A stretch of DNA of 64,000 nt. Source: an uncultured delta proteobacterium. GTDB lineage: Bacteria; Desulfobacterota; Desulfuromonadia; Desulfuromonadales; BM103. The stretch covers positions 288,001 through 352,000 of the forward strand of contig CAVQRZ010000001.1 in NCBI GenBank assembly GCA_963715335.1. The letters are read 5' to 3'. Shown in pieces: positions 27,029 through 36,016 of this stretch. The notes below the pieces were generated by a model. That model did no database searches and was not told where the DNA came from. It worked only from the letters and a program-made list of their open reading frames with translations. A program made the position numbers and the translations under genes. How positions within the stretch are numbered: position 1 is the stretch's first letter; each line of letters starts with the position of its first letter.

Positions 27029-28528
27029 ATGAATTTTTCCAACGATGACCTGAATTACCTCAAGCGCCTCGGCATCGTCCCCGCGAAAGCCGTGCGCCAG
27101 ATCACCCTGCTGCGCACCGGGCAGATCGATATCAAACTGGAGCGCCCCTGTACTGCGGGAGACGGCATCATTCAGATCCGCCCGGAATCACACGCGCGCC
27201 TGAACATGGTGTTTGAAACCGCTGCGGCTACGGGCAGGTTGCTCCGTTTTGTCCCCGCCTCAGGCGCCGCTTCGCGCATGTTCAGGCACCTTCGCGCAGC
27301 CCGAACAGACAAAACGGGAACCCTGCACGAGACAGACCTGCAACGTTTTCTGGATAACCTGGACAAGTTCGCGTTTTACAATGACCTGCAAAAGGCCATG
27401 GCCGAAGACGGGCAGGACCTGGTTCGAGCCGTGGCAGACCGTGACTTGCCACAGATCACCAGCTACTTGCTCGACCCCTGCGGTCTCAGTTATGCCCTCC
27501 TGCCCAAGGGGCTGCTGGCTTTTCATTCCGCCGTCGATGGAGCCCGTACACCCTTTATCGAACATTTGGCCGAAGCGGCCCTGCTGAGCGGTCTTGACCG
27601 CGACGTTGACCTGCACTTCACGGTGTCACCCGAGCACCTGCCGCTCTTCAAAGCGCAACTCTCCGCCTGGCTCAAAACCCTTGAAGACACCTACGGCTGT
27701 CATTTCAGAGTCAGCTACTCGGAGCAGAAGCCGTCGACCGGCACCCTGGTTCTGGACGCCTCGGGACAGCCTTTGCGCGATGCCAAGGGCCAACTGGTCG
27801 TGCGCCACGGCGGTCACGGTGCCCTGGTAGAGAACCTCAACGATCTGGCTGCCGACATCCTGCTGGTGCGCAACATCGACAATGTCGTCCCCGATTCACG
27901 AAAGCAGACCAACCTGACCTGGACCAGGCTCCTGACTGGCTACCTCATCGAGGTTCAAAAGGAACAGCACGCCCACCTCAAAGCCCTGCAGGGCCAGCCG
28001 GACGATCCCATGGTGCGCGAGCGGGCTATCAGCTTCCTTGTCGACCGGTTGCAGAGCGAGGTGTCGCCGGCCAGCGACAACCAGGCCCTGATCAAGGAGC
28101 TGGACAGGCCGATTCGGGCTTGCGGCATGGTGGCGAACAGCGGCGAACCCGGCGGCGGCCCTTTCTGGGTACGAGACCAGCAGGGACGGATGACCAGGCA
28201 GATCGTCGAAACGGCGCAGATCGACAAAAGCAATCCCGGGCAGGCCGCGATCCTGTCAAACGCCACCCATTTCAACCCGGTCGACATGGTTTGCGGCGTT
28301 CGGGACTGGCAGGGCAGGCCCTACGACCTGACCCGCTTCGTCGATGACGATGCCGTGATCATCACCACCAAGCACCAGGGAGACAGGGATCTTCGCGTCC
28401 TGGAACTGCCCGGCCTGTGGAACGGTGGCATGGCCGGCTGGCATACCCTGTTTGTCGAAATCCCCGCCGAAGCCTTCAACCCGGTCAAAACCGTTTTCGA
28501 CCTGCTGCGCCCGGCGCATCAGGGATAG
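27029..28528 (+). CDS. DUF4301 family protein
   Basis: FVPASGAASRMF, PKGLLAFH, GGHGAL, NIDNVV, GEPGGGPFW, THFNPVD and ELPGLWNGGMA motifs. Confidence 0.85.
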   Translation: MNFSNDDLNYLKRLGIVPAKAVRQITLLRTGQIDIKLERPCTAGDGIIQIRPESHARLNMVFETAAATGRLLRFVPASGAASRMFRHLRAARTDKTGTLHETDLQRFLDNLDKFAFYNDLQKAMAEDGQDLVRAVADRDLPQITSYLLDPCGLSYALLPKGLLAFHSAVDGARTPFIEHLAEAALLSGLDRDVDLHFTVSPEHLPLFKAQLSAWLKTLEDTYGCHFRVSYSEQKPSTGTLVLDASGQPLRDAKGQLVVRHGGHGALVENLNDLAADILLVRNIDNVVPDSRKQTNLTWTRLLTGYLIEVQKEQHAHLKALQGQPDDPMVRERAISFLVDRLQSEVSPASDNQALIKELDRPIRACGMVANSGEPGGGPFWVRDQQGRMTRQIVETAQIDKSNPGQAAILSNATHFNPVDMVCGVRDWQGRPYDLTRFVDDDAVIITTKHQGDRDLRVLELPGLWNGGMAGWHTLFVEIPAEAFNPVKTVFDLLRPAHQG

Positions 28529-28697
28529 CGGCGGACTTCCCGTGTGAACGGAGCACAACCATAAAAGGGGCGGCCATGCAGCCGTCCTTGCTGCTTTTAC
28601 CTTTAACAAAGTTGTCGCGGAAAGTTTCTCTCTGCCTCAGGCATGCTAAACTGAATTAACTGTTCTCGCCTAAGCCCCACAAAAACAGGAGTCAGTA

Positions 28698-29120
28698 ATG
28701 AAAGATACCTTACAGAACGGCTTGACGTTCACACACCGCTACCTGGTCCCGCAAGAGAAAACCGTGCCCTTTGTTTTTCAGGAATCCGATCTTTTCCGGG
28801 CAATGCCGCCCGTATTTGCGACGGCATTCATGGTCGGCCTGATGGAATGGGCGTGCATGGAAGCGTTGCGGCCATACATGAGCGACGGTGAAATCAGCCT
28901 CGGGACGAATATCTGTGTAACCCATTCGGCCGCCACGCCGCCGGGCATGCACGTCGACGTCGAAGTCACCCTGCTGGAAGTCAACGGCCCGCGGACCAAG
29001 TGGTCGATTGTCGCCAGAGACGAGCAGGAGGTGATCGGGGAGGGGACTCACGAAAGGTTTTCCATTGACGGAGGTAAATTCGGCAGCATCGTCGCCAAAA
29101 AAGCTGACCGAGTACCCTAG
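28698..29120 (+). CDS. Hotdog-fold thioesterase (fluoroacetyl-CoA thioesterase FlK-like)
   Basis: VFATAFMVGLME, HSAATPPG and GEGTHER motifs. Confidence 0.85.
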   Translation: MKDTLQNGLTFTHRYLVPQEKTVPFVFQESDLFRAMPPVFATAFMVGLMEWACMEALRPYMSDGEISLGTNICVTHSAATPPGMHVDVEVTLLEVNGPRTKWSIVARDEQEVIGEGTHERFSIDGGKFGSIVAKKADRVP

Positions 29121-29202
29121 ACAGCCCCGATACGGGAAACCGCCGCAGACTTGTTTGTTCCGGCCTTGGTCCGCTCGCAAACATTGAACCCGGAAACTTA
29201 GA

Positions 29203-31269
29203 ATGCCCCGTTCCGAACATCATAATCGCCTGCTCGATGCCGTGACAGCGGATTTCGCCATCGTCCGTGGCCGGCCCCGACCGTTCGGCGTCTCATTGCT
29301 GGCTGAAGGGGTCAACTTCGCTGTTTTCTCACGTCACGCCGAAGCGATTAGCCTGGTCCTGTTTCGTCCCGGCGACCTGACCCCCCTGGTCGAATTTCCT
29401 CTCGACCCGACCATCAATCGTACCGGTGATGTCTGGCATATCAGCCTGCAGGGACTGGTCCCGGGCTTCGAATACGGCTACCGCGTTGTCAGCAACCCGA
29501 ACAAGGTCTCCCCGATCCACCGTTTCGATGCAGACAGGGTTGTCCTCGACCCTTACGCAAAGGCGATTTCGGGGCCCTCCCTGTGGCGAGCGGCAAGCCG
29601 CGAAGCATCAAGACACGGCGACTGGCGCGGTCTGCTGGTGGACGACAGTTTTGATTGGGGAATGGACCAACCGCTCAACCGGCACCTGGCCGATTCTATA
29701 ATCTACGAACTGCACGTCCGCGGCTTTACCCGCCACGATTCGGCGGGCGTGACCCATCCCGGCACCTTCCGCGGCATCATCGAGAAGATCCCCTACCTCC
29801 TGGAATTGGGGGTAACCGCGGTAGAACTTCTGCCGGTCACTGAATTCGACGAAGCTGACAACTACCGCAAGAACCCCCTGACCGGCGATGGTCTGCACAA
29901 TTTCTGGGGCTACCATCCCTTGAGTTTTTTTGCTCCCAAGGCCGCCTATGCCGTGGAACTGACCCAGGACGCCCAGGTCCGTGAATTCAAGGAGATGGTC
30001 AAGGCGCTACATGCCGCAGGGATTGAGGTGATTCTCGACATGGTTTTCAATCACACCGGTGAGGGGAACGAAAAAGGCCGAACCCTGTCGATGCGCGGTC
30101 TGGACAACAGTATCTACTACATCGTCGATCCGAAGACCGGAGCCTACGCCAACTACTCGGGATGCGGCAACACCGTCAACTGCAATCACCCGGTGGTGCG
30201 CGACCTGATCATCGATGCCCTGTGCTACTGGGTCACCGAGATGCATGTCGACGGCTTCCGCTTCGATCTGGCTTCAATCCTTGGCCGCGGACCCGACGGC
30301 GAAGTCCTGACCAACCCGCCGCTTTTGGAACGCATTGCCGGCAACCCGGTGTTGGCCAACACCAAGTTGATCGCCGAAGCCTGGGACGCCGCCGGTCTCT
30401 ACCAGGTCGGCAGTTTCCCTAATTTCGGCCGCTGGGCGGAATGGAACGGCAAGTTCCGTGATGATCTCCGCCGCTTTGTGCGCGGTGACAAAGGCATGGT
30501 TCCGGTCCTGGCCACGCGCCTTGCCGGCAGCGCCGACCTCTACCAGAAAGGCGGCCGCGCCCCCTATCACAGCATCAACTTCGTCACCAGCCACGACGGC
30601 TTCACCCTCACCGATCTGGTCAGCTACGCAACCAAGCACAACGAGGCCAACGGCGAATTCAACGCCGACGGCGACAACCACAACCTGAGCGACAACTACG
30701 GCGTCGAAGGCCCCACGGACAACCCGGACATTCTCACTCTGCGCGAACAACAGGTCCGCAACTTCGCCACCCTGCTGATCCTCGCCCACGGCGTTCCGAT
30801 GCTGCTGGCCGGCGATGAGATGGGCCGCAGCCAGGGCGGCAACAACAACGCCTGGTGCCAGGACAACGAGATCAGCTGGCTGAACTGGGACCACCTCGAA
30901 GTCAACCGGAACCGGTTCACGTTTTTCCGCAATCTGATCGCTTTCCGGCAAAAACATCCGTTGCTGCGACCGCAGCATTTCGAAGGCGAGGAAAGTGGCG
31001 AGCGCCGTCTGACCTGGCATGGCCGTGAACCCGGCCGCCCCGACTGGTCGGACACATCACAGTCCCTTGGAATGCACCTGCAGGGACAATCCGGTGAGGC
31101 CGAGATTTATCTGATCGCTCATGCCGGCAAGGCTGATGCACGCTTCAACCTGCCGCCGTCAGACAACCGTTCGCCATGGCGGCTCTTCGTTGACACAGCC
31201 CTGCCGATCGGACAGGCCAGCGCAGTCCCGGGCGAAGGAGCGGTCTCTGGTGAATCAGGGGAGTTATAA
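29203..31269 (+). CDS. glgX: Glycogen debranching enzyme (isoamylase); the natural C-terminus probably continues to 31306 in another frame
   Basis: GVNFAVFS, IYELHVRGFT, NFWGY, DGFRFDLAS, AEAWD, HDGFTL and GNNNAWCQDNE motifs. Confidence 0.93.
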   Translation: MPRSEHHNRLLDAVTADFAIVRGRPRPFGVSLLAEGVNFAVFSRHAEAISLVLFRPGDLTPLVEFPLDPTINRTGDVWHISLQGLVPGFEYGYRVVSNPNKVSPIHRFDADRVVLDPYAKAISGPSLWRAASREASRHGDWRGLLVDDSFDWGMDQPLNRHLADSIIYELHVRGFTRHDSAGVTHPGTFRGIIEKIPYLLELGVTAVELLPVTEFDEADNYRKNPLTGDGLHNFWGYHPLSFFAPKAAYAVELTQDAQVREFKEMVKALHAAGIEVILDMVFNHTGEGNEKGRTLSMRGLDNSIYYIVDPKTGAYANYSGCGNTVNCNHPVVRDLIIDALCYWVTEMHVDGFRFDLASILGRGPDGEVLTNPPLLERIAGNPVLANTKLIAEAWDAAGLYQVGSFPNFGRWAEWNGKFRDDLRRFVRGDKGMVPVLATRLAGSADLYQKGGRAPYHSINFVTSHDGFTLTDLVSYATKHNEANGEFNADGDNHNLSDNYGVEGPTDNPDILTLREQQVRNFATLLILAHGVPMLLAGDEMGRSQGGNNNAWCQDNEISWLNWDHLEVNRNRFTFFRNLIAFRQKHPLLRPQHFEGEESGERRLTWHGREPGRPDWSDTSQSLGMHLQGQSGEAEIYLIAHAGKADARFNLPPSDNRSPWRLFVDTALPIGQASAVPGEGAVSGESGEL

Positions 31270-31312
31270 CGTTATGAAAAATTCAGTGGTGGTATTGGTG
31301 CGATAGGACGCT

Positions 31313-31423
31313 TCACTCTGCGGCGAGCAGCGACAGAGCAACCTGCAGGATCAGCACGACCGTCATCAAAACGACACAGCCGCCGATCACCAGGGCCAGG
31401 GTTATGCCAAGGGTCTTTTTGAT
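31313..31423 (-). CDS. Candidate 36-aa single-pass membrane protein with a non-canonical ATC start
   Basis: GGGAGAG 6 nt upstream of ATC; translation (I/M)KKTLGITLALVIGGCVVLMTVVLILQVALSLLAAE. Confidence 0.35.
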   Translation of the reverse strand: MKKTLGITLALVIGGCVVLMTVVLILQVALSLLAAE

Positions 31424-31588
31424 CGTGAACTCTCCCGTCTAGGCCTTCATGAAAAGTCTGCAGCAGCAGGATCAGGAGTCAGGCAAAGGGACCAGCCAGA
31501 GCTCCTCCCGAAATAAAGATCCGAAAGGGAAAGGGGGCCCAGTTCGACCCCCCCTGCCTTCCATAATCAATAACATTCAGCGAACCTT

Positions 31589-31927
31589 CTACTTCACCCA
31601 GTCCGCGTAAAGCTCGGCATTAAAGCCTATGACGAACCGGTCTTTGACCCGGTAGGTCGGTGCACGCAAATTGCCGCTCGGCCCCATGGCATGTTTGAGA
31701 ATCTCATCTTTTTCGGTTCTGGCCGAGGTGAAGTTCTGCACCTTCTTGCCCTTGGCAATAGCGATCGAAGCGGCATCTTTAAGCATCTGCCAGGCGGCCG
31801 TTTCATCGATTCTGGTTTGCTTGGCATCAACAACTTCTGCAATACTTACCTGCCTGCTCTCAAGAAACTCTTGAGCATTATTACAGGACGTTCACCCCTT
31901 GCGTAGATATGCCCAGTCAATTTTCAT
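31589..31927 (-). CDS. ArsC/Spx-like thioredoxin-fold selenoprotein (UxxC), 112 aa, with in-frame TGA at 31894-31892
   Basis: GGGAGG RBS, then ATG 31927: MKIDWAYLRKG-U-TSC..., in frame with the track's 31589-31786 ORF (GPSGNLRAPT...IGFN). Confidence 0.85.
31853..31887 (-). promoter_or_regulatory. Putative bacterial SECIS element
   Basis: CTCAAGA-GTT-TCTTGAG stem-loop with a loop G 24 nt after the UGA, enclosed by CCTG/CAGG pairing. Confidence 0.7.
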
Positions 31928-32030
31928 CCTGACCTCCCTAGGTTGTAAATTATGCCGTAAAGAGTATCATATCTTCCTTGTCAATTCCCAAGCGGCGGAC
32001 TAGAATCGTCCCTGCCATGGAACTCTTGCA

Positions 32031-33146
32031 ATGAAGATATGCCTGGTCGAACCCTTTCATGGCGGCTCTCACGCCACCTGGGCCGAGGAGTATGCCCGCT
32101 ACAGCCGCCATGAGGTCTCCCTGCTGACATTGAGCGGGCGGCACTGGAAATGGCGCATGCACGGTGGCGCGGTCTCACTGGCAAAAACTTTTATCGCCGG
32201 CGATTTCCAGCCGGACCTGCTGCTGGTCAGCGACATGCTCGACCTGACCACCTTCCTCGCCCTGACCCGTAAAAAAACCGCCAACCTGCCGGTTGCCCTC
32301 TATTGCCATGAGAACCAACTCACTTACCCATGGTCGCCGGACGATACCGACCCCCAGCGTAACCGCGATGCCCACTATGCCTTCATCAACTACACCAGCG
32401 CCTTGGCTGCCGACACGGTTCTGTTCAACTCCCGCTACCACCTCGAGGCCCTGACCGGCCAGCTTCCGGAATTCCTCAAGGGCTTTCCGGACCACAACGA
32501 TCTCGAGAACGTCGACCTGATCAAGGCAAAAAGCAGGGTCTTGCCGCTGGGCCTCGATCTGCAGGCTCTTGACAGATACCGGCCGAAACAGCCGAAACCG
32601 GCTTCCGAACCCCCATTAATCCTCTGGAATCACCGCTGGGAGTACGACAAGAACCCGGCGGAATTCTTCCGGGCGCTCTGCCAACTGCACGATGAGGGCC
32701 GGCCCTTCCAGGTCGCGATCCTCGGCGAGGCCTACCGCAATGCTCCGGATGTTTTTGATGCGGCACGACAACAGCTTGGCGACAAGGTCGTCCAGTTCGG
32801 TTATGTTAAAAGCTTCTCCGAGTACGCCCGCTGGCTCTGGCTTGCCGATATCCTGCCAGTCACCTCACACCATGATTTTTTCGGCGCCAGCGTTGTCCAG
32901 GCAATTTACTGCAATTGCATCCCGCTGCTGCCAAGCGGCCTGGCCTACCCTGAACATCTCCCGGCAAACAGACACGCGCACTATCTCTATGCCGATTATG
33001 ACGCCCTGGTGAACCGCATCAGGGAAAGACTTGAGGGTCCGTCGCCGATGGACGAAGAATTACGAAACCATGTCACCCGCTACGACTGGCGGGAGCAGGC
33101 TCCACGATACGATGCTCTTTTTGAACGGCTGAAAAAACCGATTTAA
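32031..33146 (+). CDS. DUF3524-domain GT-B glycosyltransferase (GTDC1-like)
   Basis: EPFHGGSH, WKWRMHG, YCHENQLTYP, FNSRYH and WNHRWEYDKNP motifs. Confidence 0.85.
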   Translation: MKICLVEPFHGGSHATWAEEYARYSRHEVSLLTLSGRHWKWRMHGGAVSLAKTFIAGDFQPDLLLVSDMLDLTTFLALTRKKTANLPVALYCHENQLTYPWSPDDTDPQRNRDAHYAFINYTSALAADTVLFNSRYHLEALTGQLPEFLKGFPDHNDLENVDLIKAKSRVLPLGLDLQALDRYRPKQPKPASEPPLILWNHRWEYDKNPAEFFRALCQLHDEGRPFQVAILGEAYRNAPDVFDAARQQLGDKVVQFGYVKSFSEYARWLWLADILPVTSHHDFFGASVVQAIYCNCIPLLPSGLAYPEHLPANRHAHYLYADYDALVNRIRERLEGPSPMDEELRNHVTRYDWREQAPRYDALFERLKKPI

Positions 33147-33223
33147 GCCGACGCCTGGCCTACTCCGCAGGCTACAACATGTACCTTGCTTACAAGGCGA
33201 GAGCGAAATTGTTGCCGAAGAAT

Positions 33224-33526
33224 TTATGTTTGTCTATGGCAGCTAACGCATTCAACCGGAACGTTTTTTGACGCGTGACACACTTTACAGACGTTGTGTG
33301 CAAACAATTCATTCACTTTGCCACCAAACACCTTTAATGCGCTGTGGCAATAGCCACAATCTTTGACCGCGCTGACAGCATGTTTCTCATGGTCAAAGGG
33401 CACAGTCCCATAGCTATTCTCATACTCTTTCTGAAATCTAAAGTTACCTCTAATGTCCGCAAAACCCTGGCTTGCGAAGACCCACAAGAAGAAGATTATG
33501 AAAATGCTTTGCTTATAAATTCCCAT
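33224..33526 (-). CDS. Periplasmic triheme cytochrome c7 (PpcA family)
   Basis: Signal peptide; FDHEKH, CGYCH, AHNVCKVCH and CVSCH. Confidence 0.88.
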   Translation of the reverse strand: MGIYKQSIFIIFFLWVFASQGFADIRGNFRFQKEYENSYGTVPFDHEKHAVSAVKDCGYCHSALKVFGGKVNELFAHNVCKVCHASKNVPVECVSCHRQT

Positions 33527-33697
33527 ATTCCACCTTTATGCCGGAGGCATCCAACGGAGGCCAGCCTCGCATGCTGATTGCGGTATGTGAGTCTCCCTGG
33601 CCCTCAAAAATCCCCCTTCAGACATACCCTTATCAATATCCAGGCCTGTATTCCGAGAGGCCCCTTTCTCTGCCAATTTCTGGATGAGTCGCGCGGG

Positions 33698-33719
33698 GTT
33701 GCAAAATCAATTTTGCAAC
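33698..33719. promoter_or_regulatory. Perfect palindrome GTTGCAAAAT-CA-ATTTTGCAAC, candidate transcription factor site
   Basis: 10-2-10 inverted repeat in the divergent cytochrome c7/cyclophilin intergenic region. Confidence 0.55.
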
Positions 33720-34079
33720 ACTCGATTCAAAATACCCAATATTTTTTTACCTCTGCATAAAATAAGTGCCCCTCACTCAAACCCAAAAACGTTACATGCT
33801 TGCGCACAACCCATTCCTCGGAAAAAAAGAGCAACGATCCCTGGCTTTGGAAAAACCTTTTTTTCACATATAATGTAGCTCCATCAAAAAATTGAACAAC
33901 TCGTCGAAAGCCCGCTTGAGCATTCTCTATTACGGGATTGTCGGCAAGGCCATGACGCTCACAAAACAGAACAGGCGCGGTTGGAAATCTTTGGTGATGC
34001 CTTCGGCGAGGTTGAGTAGTAGACACCATAGCAACGTAGCGGTATTATTTGCCGTGCGACTACATCCCGGGGAACAGCC

Positions 34080-34589
34080 ATGAGTGAAAAGCCACTGGTG
34101 CAGGTAGAAACATCCTCCGGCGAGATTCTGCTCGAACTCGACCGAGACAAAGCCCCGCTCAGCGTTGAGAATTTCATCGCCTATGCCAATGCGGGCCATT
34201 ATGATGGCACCATCTTCCACCGCGTGATCAAGGGCTTCATGATCCAGGGCGGCGGGTTGACTCCCGACATGGAGGAGAACCCGACCGGCGCACCGATCGT
34301 CAACGAGGCGACCAACAAGTTGAGGAACAAGGTCGGGACTGTCGCCATGGCGCGCACCGCCGAAATCGACAGCGCCACCGCCCAGTTCTTTATCAACACC
34401 GGGGATAACAAGTTTCTCGACCACGCCGGGCTCAAGCCGGAGATGTACGGTTATGCGGTGTTTGGCCAGGTAGTCGATGGCATGGACGTGGTCTACGCCA
34501 TTGAACAGCAGGCGACCGGCAGCGTCGCCGGTTACGACGACGTGCCCTTGGAACCGGTGGTTATTACGGCCGTAACAGTCCTTGACTAG
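34080..34589 (+). CDS. Cyclophilin-type peptidyl-prolyl cis-trans isomerase
   Basis: FHRVIKGFMIQGGG, AMART, SATAQFFIN and GYAVFG motifs. Confidence 0.95.
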   Translation: MSEKPLVQVETSSGEILLELDRDKAPLSVENFIAYANAGHYDGTIFHRVIKGFMIQGGGLTPDMEENPTGAPIVNEATNKLRNKVGTVAMARTAEIDSATAQFFINTGDNKFLDHAGLKPEMYGYAVFGQVVDGMDVVYAIEQQATGSVAGYDDVPLEPVVITAVTVLD

Positions 34590-34622
34590 CCGGGATTTAC
34601 ATGGCAACCGGGTTGAGTAACT

Positions 34623-35036
34623 ATGTCGACACATAACCCAGGCAATTATGCCGATCCGCAAATGTGCCGCCAGTGCCGCGGGCTGTGCTGCCAGGGGCAT
34701 CCTGGCGTTTGGGTCGACCCGGAGCGTTTCTTCAAGGCCTTCGACCTGCCGAAGACCTCTTCACCGGAAACGTTGCACGGTTTGCTGCCGCGGGAGCTTT
34801 TACTGCGCGACATTGATGGCGTTGCCATCCCGGCACCGCAAACGCGTGAGAACGGGTGCATTTTCCTTGAGCGCGAGGGTTGCCAGTTGCCGGAGAATCG
34901 CCGTCCGGACCAGTGCCTGGCCCTTGTTCCAACCCTCGATACCCTTATTGATGGTGAAATCCGCTGCGTACTAAAAGCGGAAGGTTCGACTTTGGCTGCG
35001 ATAGCGGCCTGGCGCAGGTATTGGTTGCATCGCTGA
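34623..35036 (+). CDS. YkgJ-like CxxCxxxCC cysteine-cluster protein
   Basis: CRQCRGLCC...CIFL...C...RPDQC. Confidence 0.75.
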   Translation: MSTHNPGNYADPQMCRQCRGLCCQGHPGVWVDPERFFKAFDLPKTSSPETLHGLLPRELLLRDIDGVAIPAPQTRENGCIFLEREGCQLPENRRPDQCLALVPTLDTLIDGEIRCVLKAEGSTLAAIAAWRRYWLHR

Positions 35037-35104
35037 GCAACCCGAAGGGACAGGCGGTCAGGCTGTTCCTCGGGCGGTTGACAAAGTTCAACATTGATGT
35101 TTAG

Positions 35105-35143
35105 CAAGGGCAACGGGTGATTCCTCTGTTGCCCTTGTTTTTT
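35105..35143 (+). terminator. Intrinsic terminator
   Basis: CAAGGGCAAC...GTTGCCCTTG followed by a T-tract. Confidence 0.7.
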
Positions 35144-35154
35144 GTGCTCTGGGA

Positions 35155-35600
35155 TTTAAAGTCAAAAGCAGAACCGGCGGGTCGCGTCCCGCCCGACGCC
35201 ATACTTTTGTCCGGCAACAAAAGTATGCAAAAATGCCTTCTCCTTGCGGAGGGCATCTCCTCTGCCAGATGTCTGTGACGTCAACAACCTGCTGTGATGG
35301 GGATCCGGCCCTGTGTCAAAGGGCCTGACCTTGCCGTGTGATTTACCAGGGAAAAGCCAAAACAACCCCTATCTACCAAGTCTTCACAGCAGGAGAGGCT
35401 CTCAAGGGCCTCGGCTCCTGCGGGGGAAGCGTAGGCTCCTGATCGTTTAGAACCATCCGGATTGAGGTTGCCGCCATTACGAGCCAGACATGCCCAGCGC
35501 AGCGCAGGCCTTTTTCTGCTTACTCTTTTGGGCCAGCAAAAGAGTAAGGCGCAGTCGGGGGGCGCGACCCCCGGGTTCTGATTTTGGTTTTGCCTTTAAA
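35155..35600. mobile_element. MITE-like non-coding element with ~80-90 bp imperfect terminal inverted repeats
   Basis: The left end matches the reverse complement of the right end (CAAAA.CAGAACC.G.GGGTCGCG.CCC...CGCC.TACT..TTTG...CAAAA..GTA.GCA); both ends are TTTAAA. Confidence 0.65.
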
Positions 35601-35616
35601 TTGCGGTGCACAACGA

Positions 35617-35651
35617 AAAAGTGCAACAGATTAACCACCTGTTGCACTTTT
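35617..35651 (-). terminator. Intrinsic (possibly bidirectional) terminator downstream of the DUF1232 gene
   Basis: AAAAGTGCAACAG-9 nt-CTGTTGCACTTTT. Confidence 0.7.
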
Positions 35652-35691
35652 CTTCAGAGAAACTCCACCTACCAGGTAAAAAATATAAAAC

Positions 35692-35925
35692 TCAATCCCG
35701 GTCTATTTCAATCGTTGTTTCATCTCGCCGGCCACGCCTGAAGATATCAGGCAATTCGAAGCCGAAATATTTCAGACACATCACCAGCAGGGCAACCGCG
35801 GCCGCCTCGTCGAGATTGCCAACCAAGGGGAGGTTGTCGGGGATGAGTTCAAAAACACCCGCGGTCGGATTCAGGAGGTAGAGCGCCGCCAGAACCCCGA
35901 GACAGAACACCACGATTTTTTTCAT
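35692..35925 (-). CDS. DUF1232 (YkvA) family membrane protein
   Basis: YLLNP...ELIPDNLPLVGNLDE. Confidence 0.82.
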   Translation of the reverse strand: MKKIVVFCLGVLAALYLLNPTAGVFELIPDNLPLVGNLDEAAAVALLVMCLKYFGFELPDIFRRGRRDETTIEIDRD

Positions 35926-36016
35926 TGTCCTCTCACTGCTGCCGTTGACTCAGGTAATCCGTCTTTTCCAAAAAGCGCCCGGCATGCACACGGCTAGCGA
36001 TCGCCGGGATAACTTT

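Noticed and set aside
31439..31450. ATG-AAG-GCC-TAG in frame upstream of the small membrane ORF as pyrrolysine readthrough
   Set aside because: No pyl genes or supporting context in the window; the SD-like sequence lies after the TAG.
33527..34079. c-di-GMP/cGAMP (GEMM-I) riboswitch upstream of the cytochrome gene
   Set aside because: I could not find the conserved GEMM-I two-hairpin pattern by eye on either strand; an Rfam scan would be decisive.
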